From NCBI RefSeq assembly GCF_000142905.1, contig NW_013657662.1, forward strand, positions 434,001 to 498,000: DNA of 64,000 nucleotides, given 5' to 3'. Numbering within the stretch: the stretch's first letter is position 1; each line of letters starts with the position of its first letter. Under the pieces are notes generated by a model that worked only from the letters and a program-made list of their open reading frames with translations, ran no database searches and was not told the origin of the DNA. Shown here one piece after another: positions 34,704 to 46,869 of this stretch. Source of the stretch: Thecamonas trahens ATCC 50062 (taxonomy: Eukaryota; Protista; Apusomonadida). A program made the translations under genes and the position numbers.

Positions 34704-35180
34704 TAGCTGCACTCGGCCTGATCGAGTTCCAAGCAGGAGCCGTAGCCGTAGCCGGAGCCGTAGCCGTAGCCGAAGCCGCTTCCAGCCGTAGTCACCCAAA
34801 CACACCCACCTCCACCACCGTCACCCACCCTCTATCGAACTGCCGTCTCTCCTGCCCAGCCACACTACCATCACCGTATCGCTTTCCATCCGATCTCGCT
34901 CTCTGCCCAATCTCGCTCTCCGCCCGATCTCGCTCTCCGCTCACCCAACAAGCGTCATGTCCCAAAGCCACCACCACCGAATCTTTCTAGCTCACATTTT
35001 CAGCTTGCTGCTCATAGCGATGCCGACAGCAGCGCTCCGCTCCGTCCCGCCCTCGTCCGCTCCTCTCATGATCCCCCTGCCACCGGGACCCCCTCTCCCC
35101 CCCAGCCCCCCAGGCTAAACACCCAACTAAGTCTGAGCATCTTTGGCAAACATAGTTGTGTGCGACAGCAGACAACAAGT

Positions 35181-36491
35181 ATGATGCTTGCAAGTGGGAT
35201 TGCATGGGTGGGGAGCGTGGTAGCGGCGGCTATGTGCTTTGCTATCGGTTCCAATGATGTCTGTCAATCGTTGGCAGTGGGCTCTGGTGCGGTTGCCGTC
35301 TCGACAGCATTGGCTATGGGAGCTGTGGCAGAGTTCCTTGGTGTCGTTCTTATGGGTGGTGGTGTTGCTCGTGCTGTTAAGGAAGGCTTCGTTGTCTTGG
35401 ATCTTTATGCCGATACTCCTATCTTTCTCTCCCTTGGCATGTTTGCTACACTCGCTGCTGCTGCTCTCTGGCTCCTCGTCTCTACCTACGCTCAACTGCC
35501 GGTCTCTACCACACACTCGGTTGTTGGTGGTCTTGTTGGTTTCGCTTTGCTCACAAAGGGCTCCATCGCTCTCAAGGCTGGCTTCTTTTCAAACGTCGCC
35601 CTCTCTTGGGTCCTCTCGCCGGCTCTAGGCGCCGCTGCCTCCTTTGCCATCTTGAAGATCATCAACAGCCTCATCTTTGACGCTGGTGATCGTGGTGCTA
35701 CTCTTCGTGCCCGCCGCTATCTTCCGCCTATCAACGCTGCTACTGCGTGGATCATGGCTTTGTTTATTGCCTACAAGGGCTTGCCAAACCTCGGCTACTA
35801 CCTGTCGTCCGCTCAGGCGCTCGGCGCATCGGCACTGATCGCTGCTGCCGTCTGGGCCCTCTCGCTCATCGGTGTGCTTCCGGCTGGGAGAGGCAACGGC
35901 TTGGGCAAGACGGTCTCGGCCTCGCTGCCCATCACGCTGGACGGATCGGCGCATGGTGCGGCCGAGAACGCTTTTGTGCCGCTGCTTGTTGTCACCGCCC
36001 TGCTTGTCGCATTCGCGCACGGCTCCAATGACGTCTCCAACGGCGTCGGCTGTCTCCTTGTCATGCGCGAGGTTGCCGAGCACGGCCGTCTTCTCACTGC
36101 CGCCGACGTCTCACCTCCCATTCCGTCGTGGATCATGGTCATGGGCGGGCTCTCGATCTCGGCTGGCCTGCTTGCGCTCGGAGCGCGGGTCATGGCCACC
36201 ATGGGCTCGCGGATCACCAAGCTCACGCCGTCGCGCGGCTTTGCAGCGCAGTTGGCCACCTCGACAACCGTTCTTCTTGCCACCGCCCTCAACATGCCGG
36301 TCTCGTCGACCCACACCATGGTGGGCGCGGTGACCGGCCTCGCCCTCGCCTCGCGTGGCTCGGCGGCTGACATCAACTACGGCACCATCAAGAAGATCGT
36401 TGTCTCGTGGGTCATCACACTTCCTATCGGCGCCGTCACAACTTTGGTCATCTTTTATCTGCTCAAGGCTCTCTTTTACACCTCGGGCTGA
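35181..36491 (+). CDS. PiT/PHO4-family inorganic phosphate transporter
   Basis: IGSNDV and AHGSNDVSN signatures, PVSTTHSVVG and PVSSTHTMVG, ITKLTPSRGF. Confidence 0.93.
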   Translation: MMLASGIAWVGSVVAAAMCFAIGSNDVCQSLAVGSGAVAVSTALAMGAVAEFLGVVLMGGGVARAVKEGFVVLDLYADTPIFLSLGMFATLAAAALWLLVSTYAQLPVSTTHSVVGGLVGFALLTKGSIALKAGFFSNVALSWVLSPALGAAASFAILKIINSLIFDAGDRGATLRARRYLPPINAATAWIMALFIAYKGLPNLGYYLSSAQALGASALIAAAVWALSLIGVLPAGRGNGLGKTVSASLPITLDGSAHGAAENAFVPLLVVTALLVAFAHGSNDVSNGVGCLLVMREVAEHGRLLTAADVSPPIPSWIMVMGGLSISAGLLALGARVMATMGSRITKLTPSRGFAAQLATSTTVLLATALNMPVSSTHTMVGAVTGLALASRGSAADINYGTIKKIVVSWVITLPIGAVTTLVIFYLLKALFYTSG

Positions 36492-36495
36492 TGGC

Positions 36496-36804
36496 TTACT
36501 CGGTGGCCGGCGCGATGCGGGTCATCTTGTCGAGGCTGAACCTCTCCACGGCATCCTTGGTGGCCGCGCCAAAGGCTGCAAGATGCGGTGCTTTAGAGTG
36601 CGCCTCCAGCAGCTCTTCGGACTCCCACGTCTCGTAGAAAACAAAGTGCTTGTCGTCGGCGTTGTCCACGTGCAGATCGTAGCCCAGGCAGCCGGCTTCG
36701 GCCAGAGTGATCGGGATGAGCTTCTCGAGCTCGGAGCGAACAAGCGCCTGCTGACCATCCTTGGCATGAATGTGAACAACAACAGTGACCGGCGAGGTGG
36801 TCAT
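36496..36804 (-). CDS. ABM-domain (antibiotic biosynthesis/quinol monooxygenase-like) protein
   Basis: TLAEAGCLGYDLHVD..FVFYETWES..LEAHSKAPH; 102 aa single domain. Confidence 0.9.
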   Translation of the reverse strand: MTTSPVTVVVHIHAKDGQQALVRSELEKLIPITLAEAGCLGYDLHVDNADDKHFVFYETWESEELLEAHSKAPHLAAFGAATKDAVERFSLDKMTRIAPATE

Positions 36805-37334
36805 GATGGGAAGGAGAGAGGAAGAAATGGAGTACCGACTGGGTTGGGACGAGCGGGAGAGTGAGCAGACATGAGCCGAATCAAATAGCGTCAAGAGTGA
36901 TGATGACGTGATGTTTTCGTGCGGCGGAAAGCGTGCGGGGATTATCGCATGAGCAACGTACAGTGTATAGGTTGCGCCCATGCAACAGATGCCCTCACCC
37001 AAACGTCTACCTTCTCATCAAGCCCATATGGCCGACAAAGACCATCTGCGTTGGATTTGTTGTAGTTAAAGACTGATCGCTACATGGAACGATACATGGA
37101 ACGATAAGATGGTACAGCCAATAAAATCAGCCAGAGTCGAATTCGCCGTCGACGCGCAAACTGCGACCTTTTTTGGCCGGCAAACTTTGGTTTGGCGGTG
37201 CCGGCGACGGACACGACCACTCGATGATTTCGGCGCGGGCGAGGGCACGGGCGAGGGCGAGGGCGGACGACTCTGGGCACACCTCACCCCCCTCCCCCCG
37301 GACCAGTAGGAGAGGGGAGAGGGGAGAGAAGCAG

Positions 37335-37373
<39 letters not shown>

Positions 37374-37379
37374 GCGAGC

Positions 37380-37658
37380 ATGCGAAGAAGCAGGCTGCGT
37401 AAGCCACGGCAGTACCTGGCCTCGCCAGTCAAGGTACTGTCGCTGACCTCCACAACAACAACAGCAACGACGACAACAACCGCATCATCATTGTCATCGT
37501 CATCATTGTCATCGTCATCAATGTTGTTGTCTGCCTCGGGAGCACCAATGAGGTTGTCTGGAGGAGAGGAGAACATATGTCCACAGACCTATGCCATGAC
37601 CAGGACCAAGCCCAAGACAGCCAAGGCCGAGGCTGACTCGCACGCGCCACTATCATTG

Positions 37659-37690
<32 letters not shown>

Positions 37691-39953
37691 GTCATCGTCA
37701 TCGTCATCATCTGGGAATGCTCTCGTTCGGACTTGTACGGCTGGTGGCATTGGCTTGGGCAAAGAGAAAGGCCCTGATCCGTGCGTAGAGGTCATCTTGC
37801 TCTCGTCGCCGGAGTCCCCGCGAGGCACAGGATGCACGGCTTCCGTGTTGGCAAGCACCGGTGGTGAGCCAAGCTCGCCGGTACGTGCTCGATCGCAGTC
37901 GTCCGACTCGTTCCAGTGGTCGCCGGTGAGACAACCGATGCCAACGCGATCTCCGTCGTCCTCACCACCGCCAGCTGTCGCTTCCAACGAGCCGTTTGTC
38001 TGTCCGCTCTGCTCCAAGACTCTGCCTAACGTCAGGAGCTACGTCGACCGCGCAGCACACGTCGCCTGCTGTGGCGACATGGATCTCGGCCTTCCGAGAG
38101 CAAAAACACCTTCTGCGGAAGCGTCGTGCATGTGCTCGATTTGTGGTGTCTCGCTCGACCATCTCACCCCAGCCCGGCGCACCATCCACGTCAACCGCTG
38201 TCTTGATCCGGAGCCGGCGGCGCGTGCTCCTGCGGCCATGAGGCCGGCCGGCATGGATCTGGCGCTGGAGGAGCCAGCGGCGACCGGGACGTCGATTGCC
38301 GACCCAGTGTGGGCCTGTCCGCTCTGCTTGCGGGACAAGTCGGATCTCGATTTTGTGTCGCGGCTGCAGCACCTCAAGGTCTGCGCAGGACGGAAGGGCA
38401 TTTCTCCGCTCGGCGTCCGCGCGTTGGTGGCGGCAAACAACCGCAAGCGGGCACGCGACGAGAGTGGCGATGCGAGCCAAGCTGACGAAGCGCCGCTGGT
38501 CCAGACTCGCCTTGCTGCCAAGCGACGCAAGGGATCTGAGCAGGCGTTTGAGGCCATTGCAGCTCGCAAGGCGGCGGCCAAGGCGGCGCGGGTCCAGCGA
38601 TCGCGGGTCGGTAAGACGCCCAAGTCTGCCTTTGAAGCCGACACACTAGCGGCCATGGCGCTCTCCAACTCACTCAACGGCGACAAGCACATGGACACTC
38701 TCATCCGCAAGCCTGCTGATGCCCGCGAGTACATCACTGCCGTCTCGCCGCATGGCGCGTCGGTAGTGGCGAGTGTTCTGGCGGCGGGCGGGTCGCCGTC
38801 GCCGTCACCGTCGTCGACGACGGCGGCACTTGCAGCGTCGGTCCTATCGCGCCCGCCGGCGCACCCAGTTGCCGCTACCTCGCCGTCGTCATGGACGCTT
38901 GCGGCAGCGGCCCAAGCGCCGGCTGCCGCGTACTACACCGAGCGCATCCGCTCGTCGGCGAGGCCGGCCGCAGCGAATGATCCCCCAGAGTCGGAGACCG
39001 ACGCGCTTGACGCGCTCTGCGCGGCGGCTAGCAGCGAAAGCGACGACGAAGTCGACGCAGGCTACACTGCCGCAGAGAGTGTGACCGCGCTTGATGCGCT
39101 GTATGCCCGGCGGATGACCCATCTCAACGCCAGCATCGAGGCTGCGCGCGCCCAGCTCCGCAAGCTCCAAGCCCAGCAGGATGACGAGGGCGAGCAGTAT
39201 CGGGCAGCGCGGACGGCGCTGGCATCGAAGACGCCAGTTGATTCATTCCCGGCACCGCGAACCGAGTCTGAGTCTCAGCCTCAGCCTCAGCCTGTGGTAG
39301 TCGACGTCCCGACGGCAATGGTGACGCCGGCGCGAAGTGCGGTGCCGGCGCGGTTGGGACGGACGCCGCAGATTGCCACACCGCGGTCGCCATTTGATGG
39401 CGAGCCTGATTTCGAAGCGTACTCGGACAAGGATCTGGTGGCCTTTCTGCGGAAGCATGGCATGGCGCGGGCGTCCAGGCGGGCGATGCTGACCTCGGCA
39501 CGCGAGATCTGGCGCGCACTGAATGTGCCGCGGTTCAACGAGCGCATGGTGCAAAAGGCGCGCAATGCGGTGCGCGCCGCCGCTGTTGTCGGTGATGATG
39601 AATGCGCGCCGCCAGTACAACCAGCTGTCCTCACCGCTGCTGACCAGATGGCCAGCCTTGAGCCACTGGTGGTTGCTGCCGTCTCCGGCAGCCACGAGCT
39701 CGCCGAGACCGTGGCGCGGCTCCAACCGCTTGGTCTCTCTGCAGTTGTCAACGCAGTCCGAGCTGCTGCCGCCGCGCAGCCCGGATCGGCCAATCCGCTC
39801 GAGGGCATTTCAGCTGCCGCTCTTCGCCGTACGGTTGCTGCTGTTCTCGTCACAAAGTGCGTTCTCTTTGCCGACGAGCACAAGCCATCGGGTCGTCGAC
39901 ACAAGCAGCGCAAGTCGGCTTCCTCCCGCTCATCGGCATCCCGACGTCAGTAG
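37380..39953 (+). CDS. SLX4: SLX4-like structure-specific nuclease scaffold
   Basis: UBZ-like fingers CPLC..HVACC, CSICG..HVNRCLD, CPLC..HLKVCA; MLR-like DTLAAMALSNSL; SAP-like PDFEAYSDKDLVAFLRKHG..AREIW; C-terminal LQPLGL..LVTKCVLF. Start uncertain. Confidence 0.75.
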
Positions 39954-40210
39954 CCCGATAGTGGCCTACCGGCTTCCCTGTACTGGAAACGTTACCATAG
40001 ATATCACACTATCTGTTCGCGCTCGCGCTCGCAGCTGGAGAGCGCCTCGTCGATCATCGCCGTCCATGGTCGCAACTCCAGCTACAGCCGAATGTGTTCC
40101 GCTCCGCCCGCTCGCTCTCACCGCCCACCCCGCCGGCCCAAGACCGAATCAAGTTCACACTCATCTCTCTCTCACTCACACACACACACACATCTCCCTT
40201 CTTGGTCATC

Positions 40211-40825
40211 ATGAGCTTTATCGGACGTAGTGTTCTTCCTGGAGCTGCGCGTGCTGTGCGTAGCATCGGGCAGAGGAGCCAGGTGCGACTCGGCTCGAGG
40301 AGCAGCAGCAGCGGTGTGGGTGGTGGCAACGCTCGGGCCACCCAGTCTCGGAACAACGCTCTGTTGGCCCTGGCTCTTACGGGATTCGGTGTTGGAACGT
40401 ATTGGTGGACTATGTCGGCAGTCTCAAATGTAGGTCTTCTTCTCCTTCTTCTATCTCTCTATCTAGCCTGTGCCTTGGGAGCTGCACCTTCTCTGCTCGG
40501 ATCGAACGCCTGCTCGTGTCGCGTCATGCAGTTGGGATGAAGGCGGGGGGGAGGGGGGCAGGTGCCGGCATGACACGCACATGCACCGACTTGGCTCACT
40601 CACATACTATATATTGGGGATGGAAACGGACTTGGAAATGCGGTTCGGGCCGGGATCGCTCGGAATGGCTTGTATCGGACGTGGTATTGGTTGGGGCGAC
40701 CGGATCAATGGTGGACTCGACCTGGGGTGGGTGGTGTGTAGAACGACTTTAACAAGGTTGATGAGATGGGCAACCTCATTGTTCCGGGATCGTCGGCAGC
40801 AGCTTCGTCGTCGTCATCGTCGTGA
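40211..40825 (+). CDS. COA3: Cytochrome c oxidase assembly factor 3 (COA3/CCDC56)-like; exons 40211-40429 and 40742-40825
   Basis: Arg-rich presequence, then RNNALLALALTGFGVGTYWWTMSAVSN|NDFNKVDE across a phase-0 GTAGGT..TGTAG intron, matching the RN..GL..F..GVY.YT..AV.QDDF pattern. Confidence 0.75.
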
Positions 40826-40868
40826 GTCTCAATGGCTTGAAGTTAGCCAATCGTTGTGATGTATGCGT

Positions 40869-43502
40869 TCAATGGTTGATGAGCCTGGTGCGCTCGGTAG
40901 GGAAACTGGGGGCACTGTGGTCGATGCGCTCGTGGTCGCTGCCGTCGCCGTGGCTGTGGCTGTGGCCATGGCTTGGGCCGTGGGCAAAGCCCATGTAAAC
41001 GAGGGCGCAAAAGCCAATGCAGTCGATGGCCAGCGCTGAGAGCTTGATGATCTCAAACTGCTGGGCCCAAGCAATGTGCGAGAGCTCGTTGAAGTAGATG
41101 AGCTCGGTGGCGGTGAGCACGCCGAGCGGGAGGCCTGACCACAGCAAATCAAGCGCGAGTAGCGACTCAAGCTTTTGAATCGAGTGGTGGGTGGCGTGAT
41201 CAAGGGTGCGGAAGCCGTGGCGGAACATGCTCTTGACCATCATCCACATCATCTTCACCCGGATGAACGCGAGTCCGATCTTCCACACCACAAGCATCAT
41301 GAAAAACATCGGAGCGTTCTGGCACGTCAGATCCGGCGGGTCGCGGCTCTTGTCTGTGTCATCTGGCAAGCCCTCCGCCCGGTTTGCAGTGATCCGGTTT
41401 GCCCGGCTCATTTCCGCCGAGAGCTTGTACACCACCATCGACGGGATGACGCCAACAATGGTGAGAATGAGCCGGACAATGAGAAAGGTCGTCTCGAGCT
41501 GCTCCTTGACCTCGTCTTCGTCAGACTCACTACTTTCTGCGCCAAGCACACCGCGGTACGACGACGATGATGACGACGACGACGAGTCGCTGTACTGGTC
41601 GCGCTGCGAGACAATGACCACCTTGACCAACAGTGCAATGTCGGCAAGCAGATCAGCAAGCCCGCCAAAGTGGATGAAGAGGACAATGAGAAAGTAGAGC
41701 GGCAGCGCTCGTGACTCGAGCTTGGCCACCATCCAGGCGAGAGGAAGGAGCGCAAAGGCAGCGACTGCCATGACTGCGCCCTCGACTACAAAGGGAGCAA
41801 GGAATGCAGTCAGGACAAACGCGGCAAGGACAGTGCACCCGCCCAAAGACTTGATCGACCGGTATCCGCGCCGGATAGTCTTCACAATGTCGAGCGCCAC
41901 TTCGTTGAGGCCAAACGACCTGACCCAGACAGATGCGCCGATAGCAGCCAGAACAAAGATGCCACAGGTGATGGCGAGCATGAGATGCTTCTGCTTGGCG
42001 GTCAGCGACGATGGCTGCCACTCGGCCGGTGCAGGCGCGTTTGTGCAGTACACAACCGCATTGTCCTGGTCCATCACGCTGTCGTGCTCGATGGCGCTTG
42101 CCAGGCCAAAGCCGTTGATGGTGACAAAGCGGCGGTCCGCCACCACACGCTCGATGTGGCCAACAATCTTGGGCGCTGAGAAGATCACCCGAGAGTAGCC
42201 GAGCTTGAAGCACGGAAAGTTGACCATCGAGACCTGGAGATGCGAGCCCAGAACAAGTGGCGTCGGCGAGGGCGGAAAGTTCGGCTGAACGTCGGCGTTA
42301 TCGTCAAACTCAAGCATCGCCGACACGAGGCTCAGGTTGAAGCCGGCACCCGAGCTTTGTAGAAAGTCACAGTTTGTGAGCGGGATAAGAAAGTCTTGTG
42401 GCGAGCCGCCGTTGTCAAGCATCACAGCGGGCTTGTCGATGTAGGTCACCGCATCCGAGCACATCATGTCGCGCAGCATATCGTAGCGAACAAGTGCCTG
42501 GCTGATGCCGGCGAGGACAAGTGTACCAGGGCCTGAAACTGTTCCATGGCTAATCCGCGGATAAACCCCCCGGAGCGTCACTTTGGTGCCGATCCCGAGG
42601 TGTATCTCGCCGCCGTTGCGGACGTTGATTGGGGCGAGAAACCGCGGGTTGACCAGGTCGACCACCATGTCGTAGCCGTCGCCGAAGATCAGCTTGCCGC
42701 CGTCGACGTCGATGGAGCCGACGGAAAACGAGAGCGAGAACAGTGTATTGCCATACGTGACGGCGCCCTGTGAGCCGATCTTCAAGTCGATGTTGCTCAC
42801 TTCGGCGCCGATTGTGGCCGTCGTGTTGAAAGTGACTTGCGGGAGAGACGGCGGTTCACCCGAGGGGCTCGCCGGCCCACGCAGAATAGACATGATTGCG
42901 TTATCAAACAAGCCACTGATGAAGATCACCTCGACAGCTGGATCGGTGATGACTAGGCCGGTGAATAATTGATAGCTGGAGGAGGACCATTGCGACGGCT
43001 GGGTTGAGATGTATGGCGAGAGCTGGACCATCAGGTAAATACCTAACTGTTCAAAAGCCGCATTCACCGCCGCCAGCTTGAGGTTAACGACTGGATGAGG
43101 GCCAAAGTGCATTGGCCCGTTGAGCATGCAGTTGATGTTGAGGCGGGGCGCAGCGATGGAGGACTCCGTCGACGTGAAGGCAATGGAGCTTGATGAGTCG
43201 CATACGACAGAGAATGAAGCATCAAGCTCACCAAAGCCATCCTTTGGAGTCACACTCATCGATCTAGCAGTTGCCTGGAGATCGGTTGGCAAAGTGAGCT
43301 TGAGATCACTGCCGCTCTCCAGAGTGATAACCACGTCCGAGTCGGAGTTTGGCACATGCGGAGGGTCCCACACCGCCTTGTTGCTCCAATCGCAAACACC
43401 GTCGCAAACGAGCTGGTGCTTGACCCCAAGCGCAGTGGAGGGAGAGTAAACCACAATGACAACAAGCACAAGAAACAGGAAGAGCCGCCACTTGGTCACC
43501 AT
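40869..43502 (-). CDS. Uncharacterised protein: signal peptide, ~480-aa beta-rich ectodomain, ~8-TM C-terminal region
   Basis: 877-aa ORF; signal MVTKWRLFLFLVLVVIVVYSPSTALG; WSNKAVWDPPHVPNSDSDVVI motif; many hydrophobic segments after residue ~505. Confidence 0.7.
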   Translation of the reverse strand: MVTKWRLFLFLVLVVIVVYSPSTALGVKHQLVCDGVCDWSNKAVWDPPHVPNSDSDVVITLESGSDLKLTLPTDLQATARSMSVTPKDGFGELDASFSVVCDSSSSIAFTSTESSIAAPRLNINCMLNGPMHFGPHPVVNLKLAAVNAAFEQLGIYLMVQLSPYISTQPSQWSSSSYQLFTGLVITDPAVEVIFISGLFDNAIMSILRGPASPSGEPPSLPQVTFNTTATIGAEVSNIDLKIGSQGAVTYGNTLFSLSFSVGSIDVDGGKLIFGDGYDMVVDLVNPRFLAPINVRNGGEIHLGIGTKVTLRGVYPRISHGTVSGPGTLVLAGISQALVRYDMLRDMMCSDAVTYIDKPAVMLDNGGSPQDFLIPLTNCDFLQSSGAGFNLSLVSAMLEFDDNADVQPNFPPSPTPLVLGSHLQVSMVNFPCFKLGYSRVIFSAPKIVGHIERVVADRRFVTINGFGLASAIEHDSVMDQDNAVVYCTNAPAPAEWQPSSLTAKQKHLMLAITCGIFVLAAIGASVWVRSFGLNEVALDIVKTIRRGYRSIKSLGGCTVLAAFVLTAFLAPFVVEGAVMAVAAFALLPLAWMVAKLESRALPLYFLIVLFIHFGGLADLLADIALLVKVVIVSQRDQYSDSSSSSSSSSYRGVLGAESSESDEDEVKEQLETTFLIVRLILTIVGVIPSMVVYKLSAEMSRANRITANRAEGLPDDTDKSRDPPDLTCQNAPMFFMMLVVWKIGLAFIRVKMMWMMVKSMFRHGFRTLDHATHHSIQKLESLLALDLLWSGLPLGVLTATELIYFNELSHIAWAQQFEIIKLSALAIDCIGFCALVYMGFAHGPSHGHSHSHGDGSDHERIDHSAPSFPTERTRLINH

Positions 43503-43734
43503 GGCTGGATCGGTGTCTGAGCGGCCGGCCGTGCGGTGAGGAGAGTGACAGATGCCTCGATCCGCCGGCGTCTTCCCTCAACATGTTGATAGGTGGCGGA
43601 GGGGGTTGGTCGAAGTGGACGGAGCGCGAAAAAATATTCGCCATCCACAATCCACAATCCCACAACTTCTTCCCCCGCGACCCGACCCCCCCACGGACAA
43701 CACACCGCACCACTTATCTTAGACCGAAGCAAAC

Positions 43735-45171
43735 ATGTCTGCTGAGACCTTTGACCCCGCCCGCAAGCTCAACGTCGTCATCATTGGCCACGTCGATGCT
43801 GGCAAGTCCACCATGACCGGCCGTCTCATCTACGAGCTCGGCGGCATCGACGAGCGCGCCAAGGAGAAGCTCGAGCAGGCTGCTGCCGAGAACAACAAGG
43901 CCGGTTTCGCCTTTGCCTACTTCATGGACACGTCCAAGGAGGAGCGTGAGCGCGGTATCACCATCGACTGCCAGACGTCGTCGTTCCGCACCACCAACTA
44001 CGACTACTCGATCACCGACGCCCCCGGTCATGCCGATTTTATCACTAACATGATCACCGGTGCCGGCCAGGCTGACGTCGCGGTCCTCATGGTCCCGGCT
44101 GACGGTAACTTCGAGGCATCGATTGCCAAGCCGTCCGGCATGATGGCTGGTGGCCAGACCCGCCAGCACGCCAACCTCGCCAACCTGCTCGGCATCAAGC
44201 AGCTCGTGGTTTGCGTCAACAAGATGGATTCGTCTGAGGGCGGCGCCTACAACGAGGCTCGTTTCAACGAGATCCGCGATGAGGTCTCGCGCATGATCGA
44301 CGAGGCTGGCTTCCACTCGGCCACTGTCCCGATCATCCCGGTTTCCGGCTGGGTTGGTGACAACCTCACCTCGCCGACCGAGAACATGCCGTGGTACAAC
44401 GGCTGGTCCGGCCGGTACGGCTACACCGCCAAGCGCAAGAAGAAGGGCTTCGAGATTGTCGGCGGCACCGAGATCAAGGGCAAGACCCTTGTCGAGGCGC
44501 TCGACAACTACATGCGCATCCCCGACCGTGACGCCAACGGCCCGCTCCACCTTTCGGTTTCGGGCTCGCGCCTCATCCCGGGCCAGGGTCTCGTGACCAT
44601 GGGCCGGATTGAGATCGGTACCATCCGCAAGGACGACGTCGTCGCGCTCGCGCGCAACGGCCTGTCTGGCAAGACCTTCTCGATCCAGATGCACCACCAG
44701 GACGTGGACGCCGGTATTGCTGGCTTCAACGTTGGCATTGTGGTCAAGTTCCCGAAGGGCACCAAGCCGAAGCAGGTCAAGCGTGGTGACCTCCTGTACC
44801 GCCCGGCTGACTACGCCGACAAGCAGGAGCTCCTCCCGCGCCGCGTCAAGTCGTTCCGCGCCATGATCCGCGTGCAGAACCACCCTGGTGACCTCAAGGT
44901 CGGCTTCTGCCCGCAGATGTGCGTGCGTACCGGCCGGTGCGCTTCGCGCATTTCGGAGATCCACTGGGTGATGGGCAAGCGCACTGCTGGCCAGAAGCTC
45001 GAGAACCCGGAGTTCGTCCGCAAGCACGAGATGGCCGAGATCACCTTCGAGCCGCAGGGCTTCCTCTACTGCGAGACCTTTGAGCGCTCGGAGTCGTACG
45101 GCCGTGTTGCCGGCCTCGAGTCGAAGACCCTTGTCTTCATGGGCAAGATCATCGATGTTGAGTACGCTTAA
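43735..45171 (+). CDS. EFL: Elongation factor-like GTPase (EFL), copy 1
   Basis: [26 protein letters not shown] plus EFL-type features: [70 protein letters not shown]. Confidence 0.9.
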   Translation: MSAETFDPARKLNVVIIGHVDAGKSTMTGRLIYELGGIDERAKEKLEQAAAENNKAGFAFAYFMDTSKEERERGITIDCQTSSFRTTNYDYSITDAPGHADFITNMITGAGQADVAVLMVPADGNFEASIAKPSGMMAGGQTRQHANLANLLGIKQLVVCVNKMDSSEGGAYNEARFNEIRDEVSRMIDEAGFHSATVPIIPVSGWVGDNLTSPTENMPWYNGWSGRYGYTAKRKKKGFEIVGGTEIKGKTLVEALDNYMRIPDRDANGPLHLSVSGSRLIPGQGLVTMGRIEIGTIRKDDVVALARNGLSGKTFSIQMHHQDVDAGIAGFNVGIVVKFPKGTKPKQVKRGDLLYRPADYADKQELLPRRVKSFRAMIRVQNHPGDLKVGFCPQMCVRTGRCASRISEIHWVMGKRTAGQKLENPEFVRKHEMAEITFEPQGFLYCETFERSESYGRVAGLESKTLVFMGKIIDVEYA

Positions 45172-45433
45172 ATCGGACCACTTTTGGACACGAGGGAAGA
45201 GATGGGAATGAGCGAGAGAGAGTTGATCGCGAGTGGTGCGCGATGTGAGCGAGCAGATGGTTGCGGGCGGGCTCGGGCGTGGGTGCGGGTGCGGGGACAT
45301 TCGTTTGGACAAAGTGGACGGAACGCGAAAAAATATTCGCCATCCACAATCCACAATCCCACAACTTCTTCCCCCGCGACCCGACCCCCCCACGGACAAC
45401 ACACCGCACCACTTATCTTAGACCGAAGCAAAC

Positions 45434-46869
45434 ATGTCTGCTGAGACCTTTGACCCCGCCCGCAAGCTCAACGTCGTCATCATTGGCCACGTCGATGCTG
45501 GCAAGTCCACCATGACCGGCCGTCTCATCTACGAGCTCGGCGGCATCGACGAGCGTGCCAAGGAGAAGCTCGAGCAGGCTGCTGCCGAGAACAACAAGGC
45601 CGGTTTCGCCTTTGCCTACTTCATGGACACGTCCAAGGAGGAGCGTGAGCGCGGTATCACCATCGACTGCCAGACGTCGTCGTTCCGCACCACCAACTAC
45701 GACTACTCGATCACCGACGCCCCCGGTCATGCCGATTTTATCACGAACATGATCACCGGTGCCGGCCAGGCTGACGTCGCGGTCCTCATGGTCCCGGCTG
45801 ACGGTAACTTCGAGGCATCGATTGCCAAGCCGTCCGGCATGATGGCTGGTGGCCAGACCCGCCAGCACGCCAACCTCGCCAACCTGCTCGGCATCAAGCA
45901 GCTCGTGGTTTGCGTCAACAAGATGGATTCGTCGAGGGCGGCGCCTACAACGAGGCTCGTTTCAACGAGATCCGCGATGAGGTCTCGCGCATGATCGACG
46001 AGGCTGGCTTCCACTCGGCCACTGTCCCGATCATCCCGGTTTCCGGCTGGGTTGGTGACAACCTCACCTCGCCGACCGAGAACATGCCGTGGTACAACGG
46101 CTGGTCCGGCCGGTACGGCTACACCGCCAAGCGCAAGAAGAAGGGCTTCGAGATTGTCGGCGGCACCGAGATCAAGGGCAAGACCCTTGTCGAGGCGCTC
46201 GACAACTACATGCGCATCCCCGACCGTGACGCCAACGGCCCGCTCCACCTTTCGGTTTCGGGCTCGCGCCTCATCCCGGGCCAGGGTCTCGTGACCATGG
46301 GCCGGATTGAGATCGGTACCATCCGCAAGGACGACGTCGTCGCGCTCGCGCGCAACGGCCTGTCTGGCAAGACCTTCTCGATCCAGATGCACCACCAGGA
46401 CGTGGACGCCGGTATTGCTGGCTTCAACGTCGGCATTGTGGTCAAGTTCCCGAAGGGCACCAAGCCGAAGCAGGTCAAGCGTGGTGACCTCCTGTACCGC
46501 CCGGCTGACTACGCCGACAAGCAGGAGCTCCTCCCGCGCCGTGTCAAGTCGTTCCGCGCCATGATCCGCGTGCAGAACCACCCTGGTGACCTCAAGGTCG
46601 GCTTCTGCCCGCAGATGTGCGTGCGTACCGGCCGGTGCGCTTCGCGCATTTCGGAGATCCACTGGGTGATGGGCAAGCGCACTGCTGGCCAGAAGCTCGA
46701 GAACCCGGAGTTCGTCCGCAAGCACGAGATGGCCGAGATCACCTTCGAGCCGCAGGGCTTCCTCTACTGCGAGACCTTTGAGCGCTCGGAGTCGTACGGC
46801 CGTGTTGCCGGCCTCGAGTCGAAGACCCTTGTCTTCATGGGCAAGATCATCGATGTTGAGTACGCTTAA
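45434..46869 (+). CDS. EFL: EFL copy 2 (tandem duplicate) with a 1-bp deletion at ~45933
   Basis: Near-identical to copy 1; gattcgtctgagggc becomes gattcgtcgagggc. The other differences seen are synonymous. Confidence 0.85.

Noticed and set aside
45434-46869. EFL copy 2 as a true pseudogene
   Set aside because: The other differences are synonymous and the window has five more 1-bp deletions, so error is more likely; needs reads to settle.
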